64,000 nt of DNA from IMG/VR virus record IMGVR_UViG_3300047377_000579; one strand, given 5' to 3'. Position numbers and translations under genes: made by a program. Positions within the stretch are counted from its first letter, which is position 1. The number at the start of each line of letters is the position of its first letter. This DNA is from an uncultured virus (IMG/VR IMGVR_UViG_3300047377_000579). Its lineage: Duplodnaviria; Heunggongvirae; Uroviricota; Caudoviricetes. The notes beneath the pieces were generated by a model. The model did no database searches and was not told where the DNA came from. It was given only the letters and a program-made list of their open reading frames with translations. Below are positions 18,484 through 29,580 of this stretch, in pieces.

Positions 18484-19239
18484 TTAACCTACAAAGAAGT
18501 CAGCCGGCATTTCGTGTTCAAGTCTGATAGTTTCTCTCAGTCTTTCAATTTCTCCGGTTGCATCATCGTAGATTTGTCGTCCATTAAGGATCACACCACC
18601 TGGAAGTTGCATACCTTCGAATTTAATTAAGTTTGCACCCCATTGTTGTTTAATTAGTGCAGTAGTATATTCTTTTAGCCATATATCATTATATATTGAA
18701 GTATGTGTATTCGGATCAATAATCTTATAAACTTCTGCAACTATATAATCGCCTTCTAAAATATCTTTATCTTGAAAATCGCCAAAGACGTAGAGTCTAT
18801 TTTGTTTTCTAGAAAACTGAATTTGCGGCGTACCATTCAATTTCATATCTAGCATACCAAGATATTGTTGCATCTGATCGTAATACGCTAAATCACCTGC
18901 AAAGTTTTGTAAGTCAGCAACATCATTTAGCATCATCTGATATTTGATATCAAAGAAATTTCTAGACATTGAGAAGTTACTTGCAATTGGAAACATCTTA
19001 GATACAAACGTAATATCAGACGCTAATGGAATATATTCATTAGTTACATCATCAGCTGTCACTAGATGCTTAAGATATGTTCTAAGAGTAGATTCGGAAT
19101 GATACTCTTGATAGTACTGAAGAGCCTCATCGAGTCTATCTTCTAATTGATCCTCATCAACATTAATCTCGATGACTGGATCACCAAGACGTCGTTTACA
19201 GTATTCAATTAAAGAATCTCTTGAATTTGGATTTGCCAT
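18484..19239 (-). CDS. gp13: Neck protein
   Basis: YCKRRLGDPVIEINV, KQQWGANLIKF.G.QLPGGV motifs. Confidence 0.95.
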   Translation of the reverse strand: MANPNSRDSLIEYCKRRLGDPVIEINVDEDQLEDRLDEALQYYQEYHSESTLRTYLKHLVTADDVTNEYIPLASDITFVSKMFPIASNFSMSRNFFDIKYQMMLNDVADLQNFAGDLAYYDQMQQYLGMLDMKLNGTPQIQFSRKQNRLYVFGDFQDKDILEGDYIVAEVYKIIDPNTHTSIYNDIWLKEYTTALIKQQWGANLIKFEGMQLPGGVILNGRQIYDDATGEIERLRETIRLEHEMPADFFVG

Positions 19240-21713
19240 TAACCTTCTAACTCACTTGTTGGAGGTGTAAAAGTATCTGTATATCTTGCAAGACCTGGAG
19301 TAAATCTAGCGTCTTCGATATATCCCTGGAACGCATATTGGCCAGAAGCATTCGCCCCAATACTAAGAGTATTATCTCCTCCAGTAAGAGTTCCTAACCC
19401 TGTTCGTGTTCCTGCTAATGCGCCATTAACGTACAATTTCGCAGTAGATCCATCCTTAACCAAAGCAAGATGTGACCAAGCATTTAATGCTAGCTGAGTA
19501 CTCGTCGTAGTATCGCGATATTGACCATCATGGAAAATCAATCTAGCATATCTGTTTGAATTATTTGAGAGTAATATCCCCCAACTTTGTGGACTAGTCC
19601 ATTGGCCAAATATAATTGGTTGGGATGGAGAAGCAGTAGGATATACCCAACATTCCGCTGTGAAAACGTCAGTATTAGCGAATATTGTATTATCCTCTAC
19701 AGTTGCATAGTCACCAGATCCATCAACATGTATTGACGAAGAAGCGTTTTTAGTTTGAGCGGTAGATGATTGGGTATTACCGTATAATTTTATACTATTA
19801 GATAACCCAGCGGCATTATAAATGCTAGGAGATGCTGTAAGCAGCATTCCCGTATTTGTAATTGCAGTTAACGGCTCAGTGGGTGGTGTAAATGCTGATG
19901 TATAGACAGCTGTACCATTAACAATTCTAAAATCTTTAATATATCCTGATAAGTCTCTTCCATAAGTAGGATCTCTACCAATATACACATCAGCTGCAGA
20001 GTTTGCAACTGTAAGAGAAGATGTTACACTAACCTCTAATGCTCCATTGACATATAAATTCCAAGAGGTTCCATTTCTAACTATAGCAATATGAGTCCAG
20101 CTATTACTTGAAACCCCAACGTCACTAGTAGTAATCATCATCGGCGCATTTGTAGCATGATCAGCAAAATACACAGCTATATCACCTGTGTTGTTGTGAT
20201 TCATCATAATAACATATTGACCAGTAGCTCCACCGGTGATTGCACCTTTGGTTGCAAGTGTTGCATATTGATCAGTGTCATTGCCATAATACCAGAATTC
20301 AATTGTAAAATTGCTAGATCCAAATTCTAAACTAGCAGCATCAGAAATTTGAAGGTAATCACCACTGCCATCAAAATATACAGAAGAGCCGTGATTAGCT
20401 GTACTGTATGCATAGTCATACGGACCAAATCTTTCAGTACATGCATCTCCGTTTGACGTAATAGTATAATTGCTAGTTGATCCGTCACCTATATATGGTA
20501 AATGACACGCTAATAATTTTGTATTTGTAACGGCAGTTAATGTTGAATCCGGTGGTGTAAATGTGGTGGTATAAACCGCAGTACTAGTAATCCTGAGATC
20601 TCTTACATACATATCGCCAGTTCTACCAGCATCATAAAATATTCTACCAATATAAGCAGTAGAGTGCGATGTGCCGCTAGGATAAGATCCTGATGCCGTA
20701 CCGTCTGCAGCTCCATTTATGTATAGTGTCCAAGTACCACTATTCAAAACTAAAGCAACATGTGTCCATTCTTGTAATGGTACAGTACCCGTACTTATTG
20801 GACAACCACTAGTATTACTATAACCTCCATTAACCATGGCCCGCAAAGTTCTGTTGCTTTGGATCTCAAGAGATATAATGTTACTACCGCTAGTTGAACC
20901 CGCGGTTCCTTGAGAATAAATTGCAGTGCCACTACTTGACGGTGCGGAATTTAAATATACCCACGCTTCAATTGTCGCGGCCGCGCCTGATCTACCTATT
21001 GCTTGCAAATCTCCGGAAGTTGTTAATTGTAAACTGTCACCGGTACCATCAAAATAAGCACTATATCCACCAGGATGGTATGGTGTAAATGCTGTTGAGT
21101 GCGCATCTCCTACCGTTGTAATAGTATGACTGTTTGTTGAGCCATCAGTAAATGTAGTGTTTGTGCCAGCATTACCAGTTGCTTTTGCTAGGACAGCAGT
21201 ATAAGCCGAGTTCTCAATCGCAGCTGTAGCAAATGTTAGTGTAAATTGAGAAATTGCGGATACAAGGTTAACACCGTCCGATGCCTTAAATGTTAGATTG
21301 CCTGACTCAGCGGTAGCGGAATCCTCGGAACGCGGAGTAATTGTAAACACTGAAGAATCATTTGATACTGTAGCAAGACCATCAAAATTCGAATCTGTTG
21401 TAGTAGTATACGTGATATCTAATCCTTCTGGATCAGCAGCTACCAATGTGATTGTTGTAGTAGAACCGTCGGTAGCTAATTCATATGTGCCATCTGGTGA
21501 ACTACTAAACGATGGGCTAGTATTAATAAGAGCAATGTTATACCAACCACTACCATTCCAAATATACAAACGATTATTGCTAGAGACAAAGGCTTGGTCT
21601 CCAGCTTCATTACCAGATGTAGGTAAGTTTGCAGGTGTAGAATATGTGGTTACAGAACCGCCAACTCCGGCTGCATCTGCTACTGCTTGTTTAACGCTTG
21701 AATAAGTTGCCAT
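19239..21713 (-). CDS. Virion protein with three LamG/concanavalin A-like domains (putative glycan-binding adhesin)
   Basis: Three S.YFDG.GD...T.E.W.Y...W.H.A.V...LY.NG...R.T...Y...FTPP-type units. Confidence 0.85.
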   Translation of the reverse strand: MATYSSVKQAVADAAGVGGSVTTYSTPANLPTSGNEAGDQAFVSSNNRLYIWNGSGWYNIALINTSPSFSSSPDGTYELATDGSTTTITLVAADPEGLDITYTTTTDSNFDGLATVSNDSSVFTITPRSEDSATAESGNLTFKASDGVNLVSAISQFTLTFATAAIENSAYTAVLAKATGNAGTNTTFTDGSTNSHTITTVGDAHSTAFTPYHPGGYSAYFDGTGDSLQLTTSGDLQAIGRSGAAATIEAWVYLNSAPSSSGTAIYSQGTAGSTSGSNIISLEIQSNRTLRAMVNGGYSNTSGCPISTGTVPLQEWTHVALVLNSGTWTLYINGAADGTASGSYPSGTSHSTAYIGRIFYDAGRTGDMYVRDLRITSTAVYTTTFTPPDSTLTAVTNTKLLACHLPYIGDGSTSNYTITSNGDACTERFGPYDYAYSTANHGSSVYFDGSGDYLQISDAASLEFGSSNFTIEFWYYGNDTDQYATLATKGAITGGATGQYVIMMNHNNTGDIAVYFADHATNAPMMITTSDVGVSSNSWTHIAIVRNGTSWNLYVNGALEVSVTSSLTVANSAADVYIGRDPTYGRDLSGYIKDFRIVNGTAVYTSAFTPPTEPLTAITNTGMLLTASPSIYNAAGLSNSIKLYGNTQSSTAQTKNASSSIHVDGSGDYATVEDNTIFANTDVFTAECWVYPTASPSQPIIFGQWTSPQSWGILLSNNSNRYARLIFHDGQYRDTTTSTQLALNAWSHLALVKDGSTAKLYVNGALAGTRTGLGTLTGGDNTLSIGANASGQYAFQGYIEDARFTPGLARYTDTFTPPTSELEG

Positions 21714-21714
21714 A

Positions 21715-24700
21715 TTATCTCTCTATTAATACCCAGCCTTGAGTTGAATTGTAATAAGCTAATCCGATAGCTGCTCTGTTGACATCTAATACTAGGTTGT
21801 CTGCTGCTCCATTAATATTATTACCATTTCTATTTATAGTAATATTATTAGTCGCAGCATTACCCGTGGCATCGATAACTCTCACTTCATTACCCATATT
21901 TGGAGATGCTGGAAGTGTTACAGTTGCTGTGCCACCCGATACATCGATAAAGAGTTTATCACCGGCAGTAGCTGTATAGTTGCCAGATTTTTCTGTCCAT
22001 GTCTTAGGTCCAGATTTAACTGTAACAATCATGACTTCATCGTTAGCAGCTGCACCAGAAGCTAATGTTACAGTAGTTCCATTAGTTGCAGTATAATCTG
22101 TAGTTGGAATCAATAAGATACCATTTAAGTATACCATTATTGAATTAGCAGTATAACTTAAAGTAGCAGAATTATTATCACTTCCACTAAATGCCGTTTG
22201 ATTAGCTGTTGCCGTATAGACATATGTTGTATCGATACCATCAGATGTTGTACCACTAGTACCAGCAGTAAAGCCGAGACCTGTAACAAATGCAGCATCT
22301 ACATCAGCCGTAATGATTGAACTTACCGTGGCCGAATCTGTTCCACCACCACCACTTGATTGAGCTACCCAAGCATAATCTGATCCGCTCCACGAAAGAA
22401 CTTCATTGGAAGATGCCGAGCTTTGATTTAGGTGAGTGTCTACGTCAGAGTTAGCATAACTTGTAATACCTAATCCGTTTACAAACGATGCATCTACATC
22501 AGCTGTAATGATCGAACTAATGCCAGCTGAATCGATTACTGACGGAATGTCACTGTTGTTTGCTAACTTGATCCAGTTACCACCATGTGCGAAGTATCCG
22601 GCGCCTGTTGCATGTACGTGAGCAAACATACCGTGATAAGAAGAAGCAGACGGTAAGTCGCTTTCGGCTGAATATACATTACCGAAGAGGACTTTATTTC
22701 CACCCATATCCAGATCAGAACCAGTTATGGTTGCAATCGCTTGAGCAGAATCTAGCTTACCTGCTATTTGATTAGTAACAGTTGTACTGAAGTTCGCATC
22801 ATCACCTAATGCAGCTGCTAACTCATTTAATGTATCAAGAGCACCAGGCGCCGCATCGATGACATCGTTGACTGCATTAGTTACATATGTTTGAGTAGCA
22901 TATGTTGAAAGATCAGAAGATGTTAAGTATGTACCAAGATCTGAAATTTGTGACTCGGTGATACTTAATGCTGCTTGATGCTGAGTAACCGCACTTTGAG
23001 GTACGTTAGCGTCTGGAATGTTGGCCCAAGTAACCGCACTCGAAAGATCATTTGTTTCTGTGAAGCTAGTAAGATATCCAGCACCATTGGTTAACTGATT
23101 ATTGTTTGTAGGAATGGTAGGTGTATTTGTAAAGTTTGTATAATCGAGGTGATAAGCTGAGTTCTGTCCACCAAGAGTATCGGCATCAATCGTTAACGCG
23201 TTAATAAATGACGCATCTACATCAGCCGTAATGATTGAACTAATACCAGCAGAATCGATTGTGCTTGCTGTTACAGTGTCATATGTAATAGCGTGTAAGA
23301 TATCTCCAACGTCTGCGGCTGTGCCAAGTACAACACTTGTTCCGTTTGTAGCAGTAAAGTCAGCAGCATCAAGTAAAATACCATTTAGATATACATTCAG
23401 CTTACCGACCGTATAATTTACAGAAAACGTTGTTTGATTTGCAGTTGCAGTAAATGAAGTGGTATTAACAGTAGTGGCGACAGCAGTAACTGTAGATTGT
23501 CTCGCTTGTACATAATTACTATCAATCATCGCTGTTACGGCAGCCGAATCTGTACCTGCAGACAAGTCACTAATTTGTGATTGAGTAATACTTAACGCGG
23601 CTTGGTGCTGAGTTACCGAAGCTTCTGTAATATTAGAATTAGGTACATTGGCCCAAGTAACTGCGCTTGAAAGATCATTTGTCTCAGTAAAGCTAGTTAA
23701 GTATCCAGCGCCATTTGTTAACTGGTTATTGTTTGTAGGAATAGTAGGCGTGTTACTAAAGTTGTTATAATCAAGATAATAACTTGGAGCTTGACTGTTT
23801 AACTGTGTAGCGTTAATACCTAAAGCATCAACAAAGGCTTTATCTACATCGGCCGTTACAATTCCAGATACTTGAGATGAGTCTGGAAGTGCAGCAATTT
23901 GATTAGTGATTGTAGTTGAGAAGTTAGCATCATCACCAATGGCAGCTGCTAATTCATTTAATGTGTTTAACGCACCAGGAGCAGCATCAATTAAGCTATC
24001 AATCTGTGTTGTAACATATGCTGAATCGATAGCTGATGTTAAGTAACCCGCATCATTTGTAAACTGACTTACATTACCACCTTGCCTAGCTTGTATATAA
24101 GCTGAATTAACAACTCCTGTAACTCCCGCTGAATCGAGATTGCCGACCGCGGCGGTTGTGTATGTGATTACATTTACAAGATCATTAACTGCAGCGCCTG
24201 TATCTAATGTAATTGATGTACCATTAGTAGCTGTATAGTCAGATGGATCAAGTAAGATACCATTCAGGTACACATTTAGCTTACCTACAGTATAATTGAC
24301 CGTAAATACAGTTTGACCAGCAGTGGCTGTAAATGTAGATGTGTCAATTGTCGTAGCACCTGATGACACTGTCGATTGTCTATTTTGTACATAAGCAGAG
24401 TCGACTGTATTACCTACAAGTGTAATTACAGATGCTGAATCTGTTCCACCGCCATCTGTAATACCATAACCTGCTAATGTTGTTGGAGTAGAGGTGATGG
24501 CCGAGAATGCAAGTGATGTTGTATGAGCTAAATCACTAATCTGAGACTCTGTAATTGTTAGAGCCGACTGATGTTGAGTAACTGCGCTTTGTGGTACATT
24601 TGCATCTGGAATATTAGCCCAAGTAACTGCGCTTGACAGGTCATTTGTTTCTGTGAAGCTAGTTAAGTATCCAGCACCATTGGTTAACTGATTATTATTT

Positions 24701-27700
24701 GTCGGGATTGTTGGTGTATTTGTAAAGTTTGTGTAATCGAGGTGATACGCAGAATTTTGTCCACCAAGAGTGTCTGCATCAATAGTCAACGCATTAATAA
24801 ACGATGCATCTACATCGGCTGTAATAATTGCCGAAACTGTTGCTGAATCTGTACCAGCTCCTGCTCTTGCTGTAACATAAGCTGAATCGATAAGATTAGT
24901 GACACCATCTGAATCAAGTGTCCCTGTTACGGCTTCTGACCAAGCAACGACTTGTAAAATATTACCAGTGTCTGCACCAGATGCCAATACTACACTTGTA
25001 CCATTAGTTGCGGTATAATCTGTACCTGAGATTAGAAGAATACCATTTAAGTAAACATTTAATTTACCAACAGAATATGCTAAAGTATTACTTCCATCAC
25101 TTCCACTAAATGTAGTTTGATTTGACGTTGCAGTGTAAGTATAAGTTTCTAAACTTGGTAATGTTAATGCAGTCGCACCATAATCTATTACAGTAACAAT
25201 ATTTCCAACACCTGTGCCAGAAGCTAATGTTAATGTGTTTCCACCAGAAAGCGTATAATCTGAAGGATCGAGAAGAATACCGTTAATGTAAACATCTACT
25301 TCATCATTGAATGCCAATGTTCCGCCAGAACCAGCAGTTCCAGTAAAGACTGTTTGATTAGCAGTAGCTGTGAATGTAAAGACTGAACGGCTAAGACTGC
25401 TAATCGATCCACCTCCGCCAGATGTTTGTCTTGCTTGGATATAATCACTATCGACAATCGCGATAATGTCAGCTGAATCAACTGTACCGCCTCCGCCAGT
25501 TGTTTGTCTCGCTTGCACATAGGCAGAATCGATAAGAGCTGTCACATCTGCATCAGCATAGAGTTCTGAATGATTAGCAAGTTTAATCCAGTTTCCGCCG
25601 TGTGCAAAGTAACCTGCACCAGTTGCATGAACATGGGCAAACATGCCATGATATGAACTTGCATTTGGAAGATCGCTTTCTGCAGAATACACATTACCAA
25701 ATAATACTTTGTTGCCGCCCATATCAAGGTCAGAACTAGTAATTGCTGCAATGGCTTGAGCTGAGTCTAGCTTACTAAGATCAGAAATTTGTGACTCGGT
25801 AATACTTAATGCTGCTTGGTGTTGTGTTACACTTGACTCAGTGATATTAGCATTAGGTACGTTGGCCCAAGTAACTGCACTAGATAAATCGTTTGTCTCG
25901 GTATAGCTAGTAAGATATCCAGCGCCATTTGTTAATTGATTATTGTTTGTTGGAATAGTTGGCGTATTGCTGAAGTTATTATAGTTGAGGTAGTATGTAC
26001 CATCTTGACCATCAAGAGTATCAGCGTCTACGTTTAATGCGTCGACGAATGCTTTATCAACGTCGTCAGTAATAATATCTGATGTAAGCGCAGAGTCTAA
26101 ACCACCAACAGTAGCAGATGTTAGATATCCTGCGTCATTCGTAAAATCACTTACATTTGTTGGTGCACCAGTTAAGGCTGCATATGTTTTGTCTTGTCTT
26201 GCTTGAACATATGTTGTATTAACGTCATTAGTAATAATTCCAGATACTTGAGATGAGTCTGGAAGAGCAGCAATTTGATTTGTAACTGTTGTGCTAAAGT
26301 TGGCGTCATCACCCAGAGCAGCAGCTAATTCATTTAATGTATTAAGAGCGCCCGGTGCAGCATCAATTACAGCGTTTACTTGAGTTGTTACATACGCAGA
26401 GTCAACAAAATCATTTCCTAATGATGGAATAGTAGGCGCGCCGGTTAATGAGCCGTAAGCTCCATCAAAAGCATCTGTAATACCGTAGCCTGCAATAGTA
26501 GTAGGTTTACTAGTTAATGAAGCAAAAGTTTGAGCAGGCACTGATGTAAGGTAGCTAGCATCGTTAGTAAATTGACTTACATTACCTCCTTGCCTTGCTT
26601 GAACATATGATGAATCAACCAATCCAGTTACACCGGCTGAGTCAAGTGTGCCGACCGCTGTAGTTGTATATGTAATTACATTAACAAGATCGTTAACAGC
26701 TGCACCAGTATCAAGGGTAATACTTGTACCATTTGTTGCTGTATAATCTGTTGGATCTAGCAAGATACCATTGAGGTATACGTTCAACTTACCGACAGGA
26801 TAATTAACAGAAAATACTGTTTGACCGGCGGTAGCTGTAAACGTATGAGTGTCAATTGTAGTTGCACCTGGAGAAGCATTCGCTTGTCTCGCTTGTACAT
26901 AATTACTGTCAATCATTGCTGTTACAGCAGCAGAATCTGTACTTGCAGACAAGTCGCTAATTTGTGACTCAGTAATACTTAATGCTGCTTGGTGTTGTGT
27001 TACACTTGACTCGGTAATATTAGTATCAGGAACATTAGCCCATGTGACAGCAGATGAAAGATCATTTGTCTCTGTAAAGCTGGTAATATAGCCAGCGCCG
27101 TTAGTTAACTGATTATTATTTGTTGGAATAGTTGGCTTATTAGTAAAGTTATTATAGTCTAAGTGATAAGCTGAATTTTGACCACCTAAAGTATCGGCAT
27201 CGATAGTTAAATTATTGATAAAGGCTGCATCTACGTCTGCTGTAATAATAGCTGATACACTTGCAGAATCTGTTCCACCACCATCAGTAATTCCGTATCC
27301 AGCTAAAGTAGTAGGTTTACTAGTTAATGAAGCAAATGTTTGTGCTGGGACAGATGTTAAGTAACTTTGGAGATCTGAAATTTGAGATTCAGTAATCGAT
27401 AAGGCTGCTTGGTGCTGAGTTACGCTGCCTTGTGTGATATTTGAATTAGGTACATTAGCCCAAGTAACTGCACTCGAAAGATCATTTGTCTCAGTAAAGC
27501 TAGTCAGATATCCAGCGCCATTAGTTAACTGATTGTTATTAGTAGGAATAGTAGGTTTACCAGTTAAAGATGCATATGCAAAATTTTGTGGGGTTTGTCT
27601 AGCTTGTACATATGATGAATCCACCAATGCTGTAGCCGCAGCAGAATCGATTCCACCAGTAATATATCCAGCATCATTGGTGAACGTACTTACATTTAAG

Positions 27701-28749
27701 TTATCAACATAAGTTTTATTAACCGCATCTGTTACATTAGTAGGAGTTCCAACATTAACAATCTTATTTGAATTAAGATCAAGATTATCACCGAAGTTAA
27801 TAGGATCTGAGTTTGAGCTATTAATACTGTTTGTAGAATTGATGATTACATCACCATTCATTTCAATATTACCGGTATTAGTGGTAATAGAAACGTCTGC
27901 TGATCCAGTAGAGGTAAGATTTATACCTGCAGCAGATTGTACAGTAGTTTGTCCAGTACCTTGAGTTTTAATATTTAAGTTTTGATCAGAATCAGTCTTA
28001 AATGTAATTGTACCAGATTCGTCTTCAATAACTTTCTTGTTATTAACATATAAAGAACCAGGCCCAAGATAGAGGTCACGGAATCTCTTTGTCGTAGAAC
28101 CTAAGTCATATGTATCATCTGTAGTAGGCTCAATGTTTTGAGCTACAAGAGTTCCTGTTAAAGTGCCACCTGAAAGATTGAGTTTAGTGGCAAGTGCATT
28201 TGTAATAGTAGATTCGAAAGCAGCGTCATCCCCAAGAGCAGCTGCTAATTCATTTAGAGTATCTAGTGCCCCTGGCGCACCATCAATCAATGCAGTAATA
28301 GCAGAATCAACGGCAGCTTGGGTTACATAAGCTGCGCCGTTTGTCAACTGGCTATTATTAGTTGGGATTGTGGGTGTACCTGTTAAGCTACCATATGCAA
28401 AGTCTTGTGGAGTTTCTCTTGCTTGTACGTAATTAGAATCAACAATATTTAAAACAATGCTATCAACTGTACTTGAGTCAGTTTGTGTAGCAGGAACATT
28501 ACTTAAATTATTATAATTTAAATAGTAAGATGGATTTTGACCGTCAAGTTGAGCAGCATCAATGCTAGAAGCACTAATAATAGCCGATATGGCAGCTGAA
28601 TCAACTCCTCCTGATACTTCAATACCTCCCGCGGTAGAACCATCACCAATATATAGTTTATCTGTATCAGTGGTATAAATCAATTCACCTTCAGCTGGAG
28701 TAATTCCCTGCCGTTGCGAATCGGTACCTCTTCTAATTTGTAATGCCAT
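21715..28749 (-). CDS. Giant repeat-built tail fibre protein (2344 aa)
   Basis: LQIRRG...EGELIY N-terminus; 4x APGAL.TLNELAAA.GDD; 6x PTNNNQLTNGAGY...QISDL; 6x TATA.QT.F...VY.NGILL domains. Confidence 0.9.
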   Translation of the reverse strand: MALQIRRGTDSQRQGITPAEGELIYTTDTDKLYIGDGSTAGGIEVSGGVDSAAISAIISASSIDAAQLDGQNPSYYLNYNNLSNVPATQTDSSTVDSIVLNIVDSNYVQARETPQDFAYGSLTGTPTIPTNNSQLTNGAAYVTQAAVDSAITALIDGAPGALDTLNELAAALGDDAAFESTITNALATKLNLSGGTLTGTLVAQNIEPTTDDTYDLGSTTKRFRDLYLGPGSLYVNNKKVIEDESGTITFKTDSDQNLNIKTQGTGQTTVQSAAGINLTSTGSADVSITTNTGNIEMNGDVIINSTNSINSSNSDPINFGDNLDLNSNKIVNVGTPTNVTDAVNKTYVDNLNVSTFTNDAGYITGGIDSAAATALVDSSYVQARQTPQNFAYASLTGKPTIPTNNNQLTNGAGYLTSFTETNDLSSAVTWANVPNSNITQGSVTQHQAALSITESQISDLQSYLTSVPAQTFASLTSKPTTLAGYGITDGGGTDSASVSAIITADVDAAFINNLTIDADTLGGQNSAYHLDYNNFTNKPTIPTNNNQLTNGAGYITSFTETNDLSSAVTWANVPDTNITESSVTQHQAALSITESQISDLSASTDSAAVTAMIDSNYVQARQANASPGATTIDTHTFTATAGQTVFSVNYPVGKLNVYLNGILLDPTDYTATNGTSITLDTGAAVNDLVNVITYTTTAVGTLDSAGVTGLVDSSYVQARQGGNVSQFTNDASYLTSVPAQTFASLTSKPTTIAGYGITDAFDGAYGSLTGAPTIPSLGNDFVDSAYVTTQVNAVIDAAPGALNTLNELAAALGDDANFSTTVTNQIAALPDSSQVSGIITNDVNTTYVQARQDKTYAALTGAPTNVSDFTNDAGYLTSATVGGLDSALTSDIITDDVDKAFVDALNVDADTLDGQDGTYYLNYNNFSNTPTIPTNNNQLTNGAGYLTSYTETNDLSSAVTWANVPNANITESSVTQHQAALSITESQISDLSKLDSAQAIAAITSSDLDMGGNKVLFGNVYSAESDLPNASSYHGMFAHVHATGAGYFAHGGNWIKLANHSELYADADVTALIDSAYVQARQTTGGGGTVDSADIIAIVDSDYIQARQTSGGGGSISSLSRSVFTFTATANQTVFTGTAGSGGTLAFNDEVDVYINGILLDPSDYTLSGGNTLTLASGTGVGNIVTVIDYGATALTLPSLETYTYTATSNQTTFSGSDGSNTLAYSVGKLNVYLNGILLISGTDYTATNGTSVVLASGADTGNILQVVAWSEAVTGTLDSDGVTNLIDSAYVTARAGAGTDSATVSAIITADVDASFINALTIDADTLGGQNSAYHLDYTNFTNTPTIPTNNNQLTNGAGYLTSFTETNDLSSAVTWANIPDANVPQSAVTQHQSALTITESQISDLAHTTSLAFSAITSTPTTLAGYGITDGGGTDSASVITLVGNTVDSAYVQNRQSTVSSGATTIDTSTFTATAGQTVFTVNYTVGKLNVYLNGILLDPSDYTATNGTSITLDTGAAVNDLVNVITYTTAAVGNLDSAGVTGVVNSAYIQARQGGNVSQFTNDAGYLTSAIDSAYVTTQIDSLIDAAPGALNTLNELAAAIGDDANFSTTITNQIAALPDSSQVSGIVTADVDKAFVDALGINATQLNSQAPSYYLDYNNFSNTPTIPTNNNQLTNGAGYLTSFTETNDLSSAVTWANVPNSNITEASVTQHQAALSITQSQISDLSAGTDSAAVTAMIDSNYVQARQSTVTAVATTVNTTSFTATANQTTFSVNYTVGKLNVYLNGILLDAADFTATNGTSVVLGTAADVGDILHAITYDTVTASTIDSAGISSIITADVDASFINALTIDADTLGGQNSAYHLDYTNFTNTPTIPTNNNQLTNGAGYLTSFTETNDLSSAVTWANIPDANVPQSAVTQHQAALSITESQISDLGTYLTSSDLSTYATQTYVTNAVNDVIDAAPGALDTLNELAAALGDDANFSTTVTNQIAGKLDSAQAIATITGSDLDMGGNKVLFGNVYSAESDLPSASSYHGMFAHVHATGAGYFAHGGNWIKLANNSDIPSVIDSAGISSIITADVDASFVNGLGITSYANSDVDTHLNQSSASSNEVLSWSGSDYAWVAQSSGGGGTDSATVSSIITADVDAAFVTGLGFTAGTSGTTSDGIDTTYVYTATANQTAFSGSDNNSATLSYTANSIMVYLNGILLIPTTDYTATNGTTVTLASGAAANDEVMIVTVKSGPKTWTEKSGNYTATAGDKLFIDVSGGTATVTLPASPNMGNEVRVIDATGNAATNNITINRNGNNINGAADNLVLDVNRAAIGLAYYNSTQGWVLIER
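21831..21838 (-). promoter_or_regulatory. Possible intragenic late promoter for the LamG gene and downstream neck genes
   Basis: Exact TATAAATA inside the fibre 3' end, about 120 nt before the next start. Confidence 0.4.
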
Positions 28750-28773
28750 AAGTTGTAACCCTAAATTTTACCT

Positions 28774-28781
28774 TATTTATA
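28774..28781 (-). promoter_or_regulatory. T4-type late promoter overlapping upstream stop codon
   Basis: Exact TATAAATA upstream of giant fibre gene. Confidence 0.7.
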
Positions 28782-29550
28782 TTGCGCCGAGATCAAGTGT
28801 GAAACCAGCTGGAGCAGAAATTGTACCAAAGTCTAACGTACCGGTAGCTGCAGCCGTAGAGTTGATAGTGATTGTATCTGTTGAAGTATCAACAGCCATA
28901 GTTATATTTGTACCGGCAGTTAAATTAAGCGTATCACCAGCTTGATCTGCTACTGTACTTCCAACTCCGGTCACTGAAACTGTACTAAAACTATTTGAAC
29001 TAGTTGGGACTCTTGCTTCTACATAAGAAGAGTCAATAAGAGATGAGACGGCGGCAGAATCAGAGAAAGTGCCGCCGCCTAAAGTTTGTCTTGCCTGGAC
29101 ATAGGATGAATCAATTAAAGATATTGCGGCACTCGAATCCAAGGCAGTACTTGCAAACGTAATAGTGTCGTCGTCTGGCGTAGTAGTAATTACAATATTA
29201 TCGCCCGCGGCAAACGTAATAGTATCTTGTGTACTATCGGCAACAACATCGAATTGTCCTGATACTAAAAACCTGTTAAAAGCCTGATTCTCGATGCTAG
29301 TAGCAAGTGCTATAACCTCTGCAGAATCTAAACCCGTGGCTTGTCTTGATTGTACAAAATCAGAGTCAATAAGACCAACTACACCACTAGAGTCTGAGAA
29401 ACTAGTGTTGAATGATTGGATAACATTTGATGAGTTTTTAAAATATAATTTGCCATCAGCGATGTTGATGGCAAGTTCGCCGTAATCCAAATCGGAGGGG
29501 GATGGAATACGACCAGAAACGCTGGACTTTTTAATCTTAATAGTAGACAT
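28777..29550 (-). CDS. Tail fibre segment / connector protein
   Basis: IKIKKSS...DYGELAINIADGKLYFK resembles T4 gp37 N-terminus; DS repeats shared with fibres. Confidence 0.8.
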   Translation of the reverse strand: MSTIKIKKSSVSGRIPSPSDLDYGELAINIADGKLYFKNSSNVIQSFNTSFSDSSGVVGLIDSDFVQSRQATGLDSAEVIALATSIENQAFNRFLVSGQFDVVADSTQDTITFAAGDNIVITTTPDDDTITFASTALDSSAAISLIDSSYVQARQTLGGGTFSDSAAVSSLIDSSYVEARVPTSSNSFSTVSVTGVGSTVADQAGDTLNLTAGTNITMAVDTSTDTITINSTAAATGTLDFGTISAPAGFTLDLGAI

Positions 29551-29580
29551 TATAATTTCCTAAAAAGGCATTTTGTTTAT

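Noticed and set aside
21715..28749. Repeats as a CRISPR array or DNA-level mobile repeats
   Set aside because: They are in-frame protein repeats with synonymous variation and no constant repeat-spacer period.
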